DNA of 64,000 nucleotides, from positions 416,613 through 480,612 of the forward strand of contig BCKZ01000001.1 of assembly GCA_001600815.1 (NCBI GenBank), read 5' to 3'. Within the stretch, counting starts at the first letter, position 1. Every line of letters starts with the position of its first letter. Below are positions 32,046 through 43,394 of the stretch, piece by piece. The translations under genes and the position numbers were made by a program. Source of the DNA: Alloascoidea hylecoeti (taxonomy: Eukaryota). The notes under the pieces are model-generated. The model made no database searches, was not told where the DNA came from, and saw only the letters and a list, made by a program, of their open reading frames with translations.

Positions 32046-34565
32046 ATGGAATCTTCATCGTCGGTAAATGATGATGATAATGTATACGACAGTCTCCTGT
32101 CTGACCTAGATCGCAAACTGATAGATGAAGAGAGAGGAATACCCTTAAACGATACGCCATCAAAAATAACTTGGAAAAGAGCTATATCACTTGGACTTAT
32201 TGCAACGTTTATGATTTGGGGTTTGGCATTTTCATTATTTGCCTTTTCAAAAGTCCTTGGTGGGATTGAAGGGAATAACAATAATAATAATAAAAATCAA
32301 TATTATAGCTCATCAAAACAGATTAAATTCTCTGATGTTAGAAATGGGACATTTAGTGTTAAAAGAACAACGATAGACTGGATTAAAACTTCAAACTCTT
32401 CAAATAATGATATTGGCTCATATGTTACTGTTAATGATGGTGTTTATTCTGTTGGGAGACAAACTGAAAATCATGAAGAAATTATACTGGATTTTAAAGA
32501 ATTTAAATATAATGATAAAACATATCAAATAAACAAGTTGACTGCAAATTCAGATGTAACAAAAGCTATACTAATGACAGACTTCATCAAGCATTGGAGA
32601 CATTCATCTACAGCAAAATATTGGGTTTATGACATTAATACAAAAGATATATCTCCTGTTTTCACCGATAATGAAGATGAACCATTATCAATCGCAACAT
32701 GGTCTCCGACTGGTGACAGCATTGCATTTGTTTATAAAAATAATCTTTATATTCGAAAGGTCAATAAACATGAATCCAATGCAAGTGGCGTAACAATTCA
32801 AGTAACTAAAGATGGTGGTGATAGTATATTTTATGGTATACCCGATTGGGTTTATGAAGAAGAGATTTTTGGAGATTCATCTGCCTTATGGTGGTCACCA
32901 AATGGTAAATTTTTATCATTTTTAAGAACAAATGATACGAATGTTCCACTTTTTCCTATTCCTTATTTTGTTGAAAATTCAAATGATATTTATCCAACAT
33001 TATTAAATATAAAATATCCTAAAGCTGGTTTTGAAAATCCAATTGTTGATATTGGCATTTTTGATTTAGATAATAATGATGCCTTTTATTTACCTTCAAA
33101 TGATCCAATTAGAAAAGATGAGAGCATTTTAATTACTGAGGTCGTATGGACTGGCGATGAAAGTTTACTTGTTAAATTAACCAATAGAGTTAGCGATATA
33201 TTAAAGGTGGCAATTATTGATGCTGTTAAACGACAAAGTATAATCTCAAGAGTTGAAGATTATGCTATTGATGGTGGTTGGTATGATATTACAACAAAAA
33301 CTAGTTTTGTTCCCGCCGATCCTGAAAATAACAGACCCTTTGATGGTTATTTAGATACTGTTCCAGTTAACGGTTTCAATCATTTAGCCTATTTCAGTCC
33401 TGTTAATAGTTCAACACCAATCATTTTAACGAAAGGTAGTTGGGAAGTTGTTGATGCTCCTTCGGCTTTTGACTCAGTTAACAACAAAGTTTATTTCTTA
33501 TCAACTCAAAAAGATTCGACTGAGAGACATTTATACTCAATTAATCTTGATGGCACTGAATTTTCCCCAATTACAGATATAAATAATGATGGTTATTATA
33601 CCGTTTCATTTTCATCGGGTGCTAGATATGTTTTGTTAAATTATAATGGACCTTCTATACCATGGCAAAAATTAATTGATTTACATTCTGAAAATCCCAT
33701 TAAAACTGCAAAATCGTTGGAAAAAAACGAAAAATTGACAAAATCATTAATAAACTATGATGTTCCAACTGTAGAATACTCTCAAGTTTATCTTGGTGAA
33801 GATGAAGAAACTGGCGAAGACATCTGGGCAAATTATGCTGAAACTAAACCTCATGGTTTTGATAAGTCTCTTAAACATCCTGTTTTATTTAGAGTCTACG
33901 GTGGGCCAGGAAGTCAAACAGTCAATAAAGTCTTTTCTATTTCATTTGATCAGGTAGTTGCATCTAGTTTAGGAGTTATTGTTGTTTCTGTTGATGGTAG
34001 AGGTACTGGGTTTAGAGGCAGAAAATATCGATCTATCGTTAGAGAACGTCTTGGATATTTTGAACCAAAAGATCAAATTTCAGCAGCAAAAGCTTGGGCC
34101 AAAAAGGATTATGTGGATTCTGATAAAATTGCCATTTGGGGATGGAGTTATGGTGGATATATGACATTAAAAACACTTGAAGCTGATGCTGGAAAGACAT
34201 TTAAATATGGAATGTCTGTTGCACCTGTCACTGATTGGAGATATTACGATTCAATATACACTGAAAGATATATGCTAACACCCCAAGAAAATTCAAAGGG
34301 GTATGAAAATAGTGCTATCCATGACACCAAATCTATTGGTAACGCGACACGATTTTTAGTATGTCATGGAACTGGTGATGATAATGTTCATTTTCAAAAT
34401 ACTTTAACGTTGTTAGATAAACTTGATTTAGGCTTTATTGAAAATTATGATGTTCATATTTTCCCTGATTCTGATCATTCAATTTCTTATCACAATGCTA
34501 ATAATATCATTTATGACAAACTATATAATTGGGTTGAAAAAGCATTTAATGGAGATTTCCTTTAA
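32046..34565 (+). CDS. DAP2: Dipeptidyl aminopeptidase (S9B), type II membrane protein
   Basis: Short cytosolic tail plus transmembrane segment, PDWVYEEE, catalytic GWSYGG, HGTGDDNVH and FPDSDH. Confidence 0.92.
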   Translation: MESSSSVNDDDNVYDSLLSDLDRKLIDEERGIPLNDTPSKITWKRAISLGLIATFMIWGLAFSLFAFSKVLGGIEGNNNNNNKNQYYSSSKQIKFSDVRNGTFSVKRTTIDWIKTSNSSNNDIGSYVTVNDGVYSVGRQTENHEEIILDFKEFKYNDKTYQINKLTANSDVTKAILMTDFIKHWRHSSTAKYWVYDINTKDISPVFTDNEDEPLSIATWSPTGDSIAFVYKNNLYIRKVNKHESNASGVTIQVTKDGGDSIFYGIPDWVYEEEIFGDSSALWWSPNGKFLSFLRTNDTNVPLFPIPYFVENSNDIYPTLLNIKYPKAGFENPIVDIGIFDLDNNDAFYLPSNDPIRKDESILITEVVWTGDESLLVKLTNRVSDILKVAIIDAVKRQSIISRVEDYAIDGGWYDITTKTSFVPADPENNRPFDGYLDTVPVNGFNHLAYFSPVNSSTPIILTKGSWEVVDAPSAFDSVNNKVYFLSTQKDSTERHLYSINLDGTEFSPITDINNDGYYTVSFSSGARYVLLNYNGPSIPWQKLIDLHSENPIKTAKSLEKNEKLTKSLINYDVPTVEYSQVYLGEDEETGEDIWANYAETKPHGFDKSLKHPVLFRVYGGPGSQTVNKVFSISFDQVVASSLGVIVVSVDGRGTGFRGRKYRSIVRERLGYFEPKDQISAAKAWAKKDYVDSDKIAIWGWSYGGYMTLKTLEADAGKTFKYGMSVAPVTDWRYYDSIYTERYMLTPQENSKGYENSAIHDTKSIGNATRFLVCHGTGDDNVHFQNTLTLLDKLDLGFIENYDVHIFPDSDHSISYHNANNIIYDKLYNWVEKAFNGDFL

Positions 34566-34749
34566 TTTAGATATATAAATCTTCGTACATGTGATAATCA
34601 GGCTTTGTTTTATACTTTAGCATACTGCAGAATTAGGTAATTTTATTAAATGAATGTTTTCTTTTTAAAGAAACGTATTGATTCAATAATCGTTCTTTAG
34701 TTATATCAGAATCATCAGTTGAGTTTGTGACCAAGGATATTAAGTCATT

Positions 34750-36771
34750 ATCATGTCGCTGATTACCAATTCTAATAAAAATTAATTTAGTGTGAATTAG
34801 TGCAGAATCTTTTCACCCAACTGTATAAGTATGTAGGAACTAGAGAAGTATTAAAACGCGACCTCAAAATCTGTGCAATGAATCTCTGAAAAAATTAGAT
34901 ATTTTATAACAAATAATAATAATAATAATATTTTATATCCCAGTGAGATCACCAATTGATCCTGAGTGTCAAATGGAAAACCTTATACCTCAAAGGTTTG
35001 TTGAAATTATACCCAAGAACAAAAATTGGATCTAACAGTGGTTTAAACAGACCCGAAGAAGGTGCCAATGATCTTGATAACCAAGAGTTTGAAAACTTTA
35101 ACAAAGTCAAACTCTTATGGAAGTTAATTACCCCCTTATTTTTGTCAAATATAAGCTTAACAGCGAACCTCGCTTCGTCTACGAATGATTTAAAGACAGG
35201 CGATGACAAAATATTCACCTATGCCTATACTACGAGATTTATTGTATCTGTTTTAATTTCAAAGAAACTCAAACCGTTCAACAATAGGATAGTTTGGTAT
35301 GGGTTGGTGTCGAAAAAAAAATCATATGTGATATCTTGTCAGTGTTAACACCAATTAAAGTTGTATACATAGTTACATCCATTCTCAGAGGAATTGCTAT
35401 ATGCTATAACTCTAGTATATCTTGAGAAATGGTAAGAGTATTGCTGTTGAGTGGGAAAAGGACGAAGATGTAATCCTATGCATTTGGGATGTATTACCAC
35501 CTAATACTTGTTATATATCAGTACTCAAAAACTTTACGGCTCCAACACTGTAATTAGAGGTGGTGCCTGAGGTAATTCATCAATTGTTGTTGGGCTATAG
35601 ATGAACTTCAGGAGATATGTAATATAATTACCCACGATCGGATTAGTGGTTAGCCGTTGAACTGAGCTCGAGGTTATTGATTCCGGTAGATATAATATTG
35701 GATCGGGTCGATTTGCAATCACTTTTACCGTTGACATGGTTTGATTTGGACAAGATTTTTGTTTTCCTGCTATCCATTCAAAATGTTTTAAAATACAATA
35801 ACTTTTTTGTTTTGGGGGGTCAACAGTATAAAGCGTTTGAAATTTCATATCATCATTTGCATATGTCTGGCCGTGGTTTATGGGTACATATTTTTCAGAA
35901 TCGAAAGATGGCTGGAGAAGGTGATAATGAGGTAAATGACAGGTGGATATGAAGGTATGAGATTGAAAACATGAGATCCCTTCAAAATATATGGGTTCCT
36001 GCTGTTTCTTGGGTAAGTTGTGTTCCCAAGTTACTAAAGATTTACTCATAAACTTTGTTTTAATAATCGCTTCAATCGAATAAGTGATATTAACACCAAA
36101 TGACCGGTTCAATGAAGCAATATCGGCTCCTGGATTATTGGTAAAAATTGCTTCTTGACCTCTAGAGATACGACAAAAACAGCGCTCTATTAATATAGGT
36201 ATTCTGAATTCCGATTGTTCGCCGGTGAGTGACCTTGAATTCACGCGTCCCTTAGGCTTGAGATCATAATAGGTCTCCGTAAAATCACGAGAATCATTAT
36301 TAATAGTCAAAAATGGAATTGGGAAGTAATCATTAAAACTAGGAAGAAGGCGCAAATGGAGCAGAGCCAGTAATCTTTACATTTGTTTTCTCTTTTTTTA
36401 GGAATATCGATGCTAAATGGTATAGTATACTTCATACCAGCTAAAGCTATGTTAAAGCTATGTTGTCTTTGGGACCTGCAGCTTCATCTGGAAATGCATC
36501 ATCGAAGTTGTAGAATAATGTAGCACTGATGCCGTCAGTTTTTGGCGACACGTCCGTTTACACATAGTGAGAATTGATAATAATAAAATGTAGCTTCAGG
36601 AATTAGGGTAACAAAGCCTTTGATATTATCACCTGGATTATAAAACGGTTTTTCATTTTCGATACAAATGGTGAGGTTAGGTTTCATTTGTTCTTTGTTA
36701 CATGATAAGATTGAATGCCACCAAGGGTGGTTTTTTTTTTTCTCAGCCAACTGTTCTTTTCTCTCAGACAT
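34750..36771 (-). pseudogene. Arrestin/Bul1-like adaptor pseudogene
   Basis: Frame-switching pieces: LTICIENEKPFYNPGDNIKGFVTL, YTIPFSIDIP...LLPSF, ITYSIEAII. An 11-bp tandem duplication at 36442-36463 and several stops. The 3' limit is approximate. Confidence 0.65.
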
Positions 36772-37311
36772 GTCAAGTATGATTAGATATTGTAAAAATT
36801 TTGATCGTCTTTAAAAGAGTTGTTAGTTGAGACAGAATTTTATCACATATAGATATTTTATATCATAGCAAAACTGCATTGGGCACATACATGTATGTAA
36901 AGTTGAGAGCAATTATAAAATCCTTTTTCCACTTTTGGAAACCGCAACATCAAGGAATTAAGATAGAATAATTTACTGTAAAAAGAAAGTTCAAAGTTTT
37001 TCTACTTTTGAAAGAGGGTCATCAGTAAAATACTATTAGTGCGATAAGGCTGGAGCAATCTTAAGCTTTGTAACATTTCACTGAGGAAAAGCATTTCATG
37101 GAAAATTGCGTTTGAATAGAATATGTATAAGTTTGTAATATTTCTTACTTTGGAGTGTTACATATTCGATAAATTAATATAGAAAAAAAAACTGAAAATA
37201 ATTTAATTATAATGAATAAAAAATGCTAGTTATAAATATTATGCAAAAATGTATAATGCAAGATAAAAATCATAAAAGCGTCATTGAGTGTAGTACAGTG
37301 CGTTGAAGACA

Positions 37312-40300
37312 TTATTTGTAACCGCCATTATTCTTTAGGCGTTTTAATTGTTGTTCTAAACTCCAATATCCTTTTTCATTTGCTTTCATTTTTGATAATT
37401 TCTCATACCACTCTGAAAAAGTTTTGGGCTTGAGGTTACCCCTCGAAGCAGCTAATCCTATGGCCCATTTTAAACGTTTAACGCTTCCTTTATTTGTTTG
37501 GGATGCAGTTTTGAGTAAGCTTTCAACAATAGCCGATGGAAGGTCATCACCAATATCGCTTTTTTGGTCCCTTAGAAAATTGATAATTTGTTCTGTTCTT
37601 CGAAACTTAGCTCCACCTGATAAATACTGAGATTTAAGGAAACTGAATGCTACTTCACGAAGTGTACCTGCATCTATCCTATATCCGCAATCCTTTGATA
37701 GCCAATAAATGAATTTTGATGCGGTTTCGGGATCATTCACCGCCGCATCTCTTATGAAATATTCATCAATATGTTTAAATCGCCATCTAATATTTGTTAA
37801 TATTTTTAAAATATCAAAATATCTTTTTTCTGTTATAAGTTTTTTAATAATTGATAATACTAAAAATTTAGTATGCTCATCTCTATTTTTAAAAGTATAG
37901 GCATCAATTATTTTTAAAAATTCAACTGTCATTGGTTGTAAGTGAATCAATTGTAAAAAAATACTTGAAATTTCTTTATTCATATCGTATTTATATTTAA
38001 TGATGCCTCTTTTTAATCTTTTTAAACAATAATGAATAATATTATAATAATCTGATTTGTTTCTTTTCCCCTTTGAATAGTCATTTAAACTAATACGGTT
38101 TATTGATTCTTGTGAATACCTTAAAATTATTCTATAATCATGTTTTGAGAAAGATAAATAACTTATTATTTGGCCAATTGTGAAGTAATTTATTGTGAAA
38201 TCAAATAAATGATTTGCTATTGATATTGGGAATAATTCATATTTAAGCCTGTCAATTGTTAATGCAAATTTCCATAAAATTCTGGCATCAGGTTTATCGG
38301 GATGGCAATTATTCAAGTATCGATCTAATACTAAATTTGCAACTTTTATGGACAATGTGGAATTCTTAATTGCCCTAAAGGAAGTCTCCAATAAACTTGT
38401 ATTTATTCCAAAATCACCTTTAATGTATTTAGATTCATCTTCTTTACAATTAATATTATCGTTTTTAATAAACTTGTACTGAATAGGATATAGTGGCGGT
38501 AATTCAATATGTAATAGTATTTCGATGGATTTAGCTAGAGTAGTCTCATCAACGTCATTCGACAATGATGTTATTATATCACTTAATAAAACTGATCGAT
38601 ATTTCAAGGCATCATTCAAGAAATAGATCATATATTTTGAGTATTGATAATTATGACTTTTGTTATATAAAATGAACGCGTTAAGAACGTCATTGAAATT
38701 TTCTTTGTTTTGTGGGACTGATGAGATAGAATCAATATCTCCTTCTGATAATTGTAGTCTTTTATCGCTATTAGTTAAAATCTTGATTAGAAATTTACTT
38801 AAGATAACATCATTTATTTTATTCTTTTTGGCTTCTTTGATTATTCGCTTGATTGTAAATTTCGTTGATATGAATGATGCATACCACCTATCTTTGCAAT
38901 TACGATATTCAACATATAAATCTTCAATCTTTGATATTTTACCAATTCTTATGAAAGCAAGTAAAATCTCAACTCGAAGTTCGGTTGATATATTATCAGA
39001 TATCAATAACATCGAAGAAGACTCAACACCCTCTCTCATACACATTTGACCCAGTACATGTCCTAGATACTCCATATCATGGGAGCTTTTTATAAGTTTT
39101 TGTTTCTTTGCATCAGTCAGTAGCAGTAATCTAGTTCGGTCTATTGAAAATTGATCTTCAACGATTTGTGTTGTAATAGAGGATCCAGATATCATGAGAA
39201 ACTGAACTATCAAATCTCTGAATCCAAGAATAAAATCTTCATCTGTTTCCAATTCAGGTATGATTTCATTTGAAATGACTGTAAATAAATCTGAAAAAGA
39301 ATATGATTCTAATAAAAAGCTGACCAATATTTCAAAATGTTGATTTTTTGTTAAAAATTTAACATACAATAATTTTGTCTCATCTGTAATATCATAATCT
39401 AAAAACTCATAGAGTTCAAAAATATCTTGAGTTGGTATAGACCAAGGCATATCGTTTCTTTTCTTTAATAAAGCAACGAATTGTTCTTCTGGATCTTCAA
39501 TATCCTTTATAATTTTTTTACCCGTTTTCGACAAGTCAAACTCTTCAATTGCTATAGCTTCAAATTTACTTGATAATTGATTTAACCAAGATTTCGAAGA
39601 ATCCTTAGAATTCCATGGGGTTTTAAGATTTGGAATTGGAGGAGCATGTGGTAGTTGTTTCTGTGAACTAAAATACTCTTCCATTCCAGTTTCTTTTAAC
39701 TTCTCCAATTCTCCATGCCATCTTGAAATGGTTTCCTGACTGAAATGTCCCATTGTGACAGCTTGTTCAATGGCAGATTTTAAGCGCCGGTGTAGCACTT
39801 TCCTTTCTGTATTTATTTGGGATGAATTTTGTAATAATCTTTCAACTATAGCATATAGAAGTTCATCATCAATATTACTATTTTGTTTCTTTAAGAAACT
39901 AATCATTAATTCTGCATTTTGTAAACCTGAGTCTTTGGTTAAATAAGGCGAATCAAGAAAGCAAGATGCCGCTTCATGTAGAGTGGCTGGATTTAGTTGA
40001 TAACCACAATGATTTATTAACCAAACAATGAACTTTTTTGCTATTTCAGGATCATGTTTTAAAGTATCCTTGATAAAATATTCATCAATTTTTTTCGATC
40101 GTTTTAGTCTTTTCAATAGCCTTAAGATATCTTGATATTGAGTTTTTAATGAAAGTTTTAATATCACTGTCATTAGAACACTTTCTGCACCTTCATCATT
40201 ATTTCCCCTTTCCCCAAAAATAAATATATATAAATCAATTAAGTTAATGAATTCATTTGATATTATTGGTTGTTGGAAATTTATCAACTGTAAAATAAAT

Positions 40301-43068
40301 TTTAAAATTTGTTTATCCATTTGAGAATATTCATCACTTTCATTTTCTTTTCTATAGCTAATACTGATCTCTTTCAATTTGATTAAATAAAGAAGAATAC
40401 TTTTATAATGATCTGATTTATTGCTTATTGGATAATTATTTTTAATCATACAATTTATTGATTCTTCTAAATATTTTGATATCAATTTAAAATCATTTTT
40501 TGTTGTAGAGAATAATGATAAATAACGTATTAATTCGTCAGTTTTCGAAATTCGCTTAGACAATTCAAATAATATTTCTTCAGAAACCGGTTGATCATAA
40601 TTTAGTCTCTTAATTGTTAATGCAAATTTCCATAATATTTTGAAGTCGGGGATTCCAGAATGACAATTATTCAAGTATTCACCCAGAACGGAATTTATAA
40701 CTTTTAGTGCTATCGTTTTATCTTTTATTGAATTAAATGATTGTTCTAATATATCAGTGTTTACTTCAAGATTACCTTTAATGTATTGTAATGCAGATGT
40801 CTGCTCTTTGAAACTATTAGGTTCATCCGAATTTTCTTGTGTGTGATTCGGAATTCGAGGAATTGATGGTAGTTCAACATATAATAATTTTTCAATAACA
40901 TTGACCAAACACTTTAGATAAAAATTATTGGTTGACGATATTTTCACTATATTATTTATCCAATGAATGAACTCTAGTGCGATATCAGGATTATCAGTTA
41001 TTATATCTTTACTAAAGTAGTGATATAATGTATTTTCATCCTTTAATATATGATCCATTAAATATTTATCAACTTTAAAGAAATGATTCCTCATATTTGT
41101 TAAAATTTTTAAAGCACTATAGATATCATCTTTTAATAAGAGTTGTTGGATAATAGATAATAACAAACATTCATTATCATCTTTGTCTTTAAATGTAGAA
41201 GTATATGAATCAATTACTTTTACAAATTCATCCGATATTAATGATTGTTGTTGAAGTTCTGAATCTATTAACTGTGAAAAGGTCTTTAAGGTTTGCGTTT
41301 CATTATCATATTGATGACTTCTTTTTAATTGACATAAACATTGATAAATAATACTATAATGATTTGGTCTGTTTCTATTCCCCTTTGAGTAATCATTTGA
41401 ATCAATACAGTTTATTGACTCTATTAAATATTTTGAAATCAATTTTGAGTCATGATTTGAAAATGATAAATAACTTATTAATTGTTCAATAGTAAAATAA
41501 TTTATCGTTAAATCAAATAATTTATTTGCTATCGATATTGGAAACGATTCATAATTAAGTCTAGCAATTGTTAATGCAAATTTCCATAGAATTTTAGCAT
41601 CGGGGTCAACAGGTTGACAATTATTCAAGTACCGATCTAATACTAAATTTGCAACTTTAATGGATAATTTGGAATCACTGATTGCCCTAAAAGATCTTTC
41701 CAACAAAGTTGTATTTATTCCATAATCATTTTTAATTGATTTGTTCTGAATAGGATATAGTGGCGGTAATTCAATATGTAATAGAATTTCGATGGATTTA
41801 GATAGAGTAGTCTCATCAACGTCATTCGACAATGATATTATTATATCACTTAATAAAACTGATCGATATTTCAAGGCATCATTCAAGAAATAGATCATAT
41901 ATTTTGAGTATTGATAATTATGACTTTTGTTATATAAAATGAACGCGTTAAGAACGTCATTGAAATTTTCTTTGTTTTGTGGGACTGATGAGATAGAATC
42001 AATATCTCCTTCTGATAATTGTAGTCTTTTATCGCTATTAGTTAAAATCTTGATTAGAAATTTACTTAAGATAACATCATTTATTTTATTCTTTTTGGCT
42101 TCTTTGATTATTCGCTTGATTGTAAATTTCGTTGATATGAATGATGCATACCACCTATCTTTGCAATTACGATATTCAACATATAAATCTTCAATCTTTG
42201 ATATTTTACCAATTCTTATGAAAGCAAGTAAAATCTCAACTCGAAGTTCGGTTGATATATTATCAGATATCAATAACATCGAAGAAGACTCAACACCTTC
42301 TCTCATACACATTTGATTCAATGCACGTTTTAAATAGTCAATATCGGAAAAGGTTCTTATAATTTTTTGTTGCTTTGCATCGGCCAGTAATAATAGTCTA
42401 GTTCTGTCTAATGAAAATTGATCTCCGATTATTTGGGTTGTAATAGAAGATCCAGACTTTATAAGAAACTGAACTATCAAATCTCTGAATCCAAGAATAT
42501 AATCTTCATCTGTTTTCAATTCAGGTATGATTTCATTTGAAATGACTGTAAATAAATCTGAAAAAGAATATGATTCTAAAAGAAAGTTGATCAATATTTC
42601 AAAATGTTGATTTTTTGTTAAAAATTTAATATAAAATAATTTTGTCTCATCTGTAATATCATAATCTAAAAACTCATAAAATTCAAAAATATCTTGAGTT
42701 GGTATAGACCAAGGCATATTGTTTCTTTTCTTTAACAAAGCAACGAATTGTTCTTCTGGGTCTTCAATATCTTTTATAATTTCTTTACTTGTTTTTGATA
42801 AATCTAGTTCTTCAACCATTTCAAATTTTTTTGTTAATTGTTTTAGCCATGATTGTGGGGTCTTTGTAAAACTAAAATCCAAAATATTGGGATTATAGTT
42901 ATCATCATTTATATTACGTATTAGAATTGTTGAACAAGGAAAGCGTGTTTTTTGCCTTACATTGCAATTGAATGAAAATCTTGATAAAGTATAGAATTTT
43001 GATATTCCCAACACTATATTAAGTTTCCTCGGTTTCCTTTTGATGAAGTTATAGCAAAAGGTTTGCAT
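37312..43068 (-). CDS. ~1918-aa internally repeated alpha-helical protein, possibly mitochondrial (PPR-like/translational activator not proven)
   Basis: Uninterrupted ORF with first ATG at 43068 and a basic, acid-poor N-terminus. Large internal repeats at an offset of ~3267 bp. Confidence 0.7.
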   Translation of the reverse strand: MQTFCYNFIKRKPRKLNIVLGISKFYTLSRFSFNCNVRQKTRFPCSTILIRNINDDNYNPNILDFSFTKTPQSWLKQLTKKFEMVEELDLSKTSKEIIKDIEDPEEQFVALLKKRNNMPWSIPTQDIFEFYEFLDYDITDETKLFYIKFLTKNQHFEILINFLLESYSFSDLFTVISNEIIPELKTDEDYILGFRDLIVQFLIKSGSSITTQIIGDQFSLDRTRLLLLADAKQQKIIRTFSDIDYLKRALNQMCMREGVESSSMLLISDNISTELRVEILLAFIRIGKISKIEDLYVEYRNCKDRWYASFISTKFTIKRIIKEAKKNKINDVILSKFLIKILTNSDKRLQLSEGDIDSISSVPQNKENFNDVLNAFILYNKSHNYQYSKYMIYFLNDALKYRSVLLSDIIISLSNDVDETTLSKSIEILLHIELPPLYPIQNKSIKNDYGINTTLLERSFRAISDSKLSIKVANLVLDRYLNNCQPVDPDAKILWKFALTIARLNYESFPISIANKLFDLTINYFTIEQLISYLSFSNHDSKLISKYLIESINCIDSNDYSKGNRNRPNHYSIIYQCLCQLKRSHQYDNETQTLKTFSQLIDSELQQQSLISDEFVKVIDSYTSTFKDKDDNECLLLSIIQQLLLKDDIYSALKILTNMRNHFFKVDKYLMDHILKDENTLYHYFSKDIITDNPDIALEFIHWINNIVKISSTNNFYLKCLVNVIEKLLYVELPSIPRIPNHTQENSDEPNSFKEQTSALQYIKGNLEVNTDILEQSFNSIKDKTIALKVINSVLGEYLNNCHSGIPDFKILWKFALTIKRLNYDQPVSEEILFELSKRISKTDELIRYLSLFSTTKNDFKLISKYLEESINCMIKNNYPISNKSDHYKSILLYLIKLKEISISYRKENESDEYSQMDKQILKFILQLINFQQPIISNEFINLIDLYIFIFGERGNNDEGAESVLMTVILKLSLKTQYQDILRLLKRLKRSKKIDEYFIKDTLKHDPEIAKKFIVWLINHCGYQLNPATLHEAASCFLDSPYLTKDSGLQNAELMISFLKKQNSNIDDELLYAIVERLLQNSSQINTERKVLHRRLKSAIEQAVTMGHFSQETISRWHGELEKLKETGMEEYFSSQKQLPHAPPIPNLKTPWNSKDSSKSWLNQLSSKFEAIAIEEFDLSKTGKKIIKDIEDPEEQFVALLKKRNDMPWSIPTQDIFELYEFLDYDITDETKLLYVKFLTKNQHFEILVSFLLESYSFSDLFTVISNEIIPELETDEDFILGFRDLIVQFLMISGSSITTQIVEDQFSIDRTRLLLLTDAKKQKLIKSSHDMEYLGHVLGQMCMREGVESSSMLLISDNISTELRVEILLAFIRIGKISKIEDLYVEYRNCKDRWYASFISTKFTIKRIIKEAKKNKINDVILSKFLIKILTNSDKRLQLSEGDIDSISSVPQNKENFNDVLNAFILYNKSHNYQYSKYMIYFLNDALKYRSVLLSDIITSLSNDVDETTLAKSIEILLHIELPPLYPIQYKFIKNDNINCKEDESKYIKGDFGINTSLLETSFRAIKNSTLSIKVANLVLDRYLNNCHPDKPDARILWKFALTIDRLKYELFPISIANHLFDFTINYFTIGQIISYLSFSKHDYRIILRYSQESINRISLNDYSKGKRNKSDYYNIIHYCLKRLKRGIIKYKYDMNKEISSIFLQLIHLQPMTVEFLKIIDAYTFKNRDEHTKFLVLSIIKKLITEKRYFDILKILTNIRWRFKHIDEYFIRDAAVNDPETASKFIYWLSKDCGYRIDAGTLREVAFSFLKSQYLSGGAKFRRTEQIINFLRDQKSDIGDDLPSAIVESLLKTASQTNKGSVKRLKWAIGLAASRGNLKPKTFSEWYEKLSKMKANEKGYWSLEQQLKRLKNNGGYK
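38571..42297. repeat. Direct repeat pair with identical cores 38571-39030 and 41838-42297, inside longer diverged repeats
   Basis: By-eye alignment. The antisense ORFs 38660-39049 and 41927-42316 have identical translations in the ORF track. Confidence 0.92.
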
Positions 43069-43394
43069 TTCGATATAACTGCACACGAAAGCTGTCTCCT
43101 TGGATAAACCACCGTGATAAAGGGTTATAAATGGATATTCCGCAGCATCGATAAACCACCTGGGGGTATTTTGTCAAAAAGAAGCCAAAGAAATGAAAAT
43201 TATTTGGTGCAAATTCCGCCGGGTGTTTCAGAAATTAACTTCCGGGATATTCTCTCAGGTCTGATAATTACACTCAGACCACGTTGAACACCTGCGTGAA
43301 ATGGATTTTTTGCTGAGCTGCGATTTGTCAGTTTTACTGAAGTTCAAAAGTACAAAGTTCACCATCTTTTTCTCTCTGTTAACATCACTACACA

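Noticed and set aside
38660..42316. Two identical 129-aa plus-strand ORFs
   Set aside because: Antisense shadows of the duplicated segment of the large minus-strand gene.
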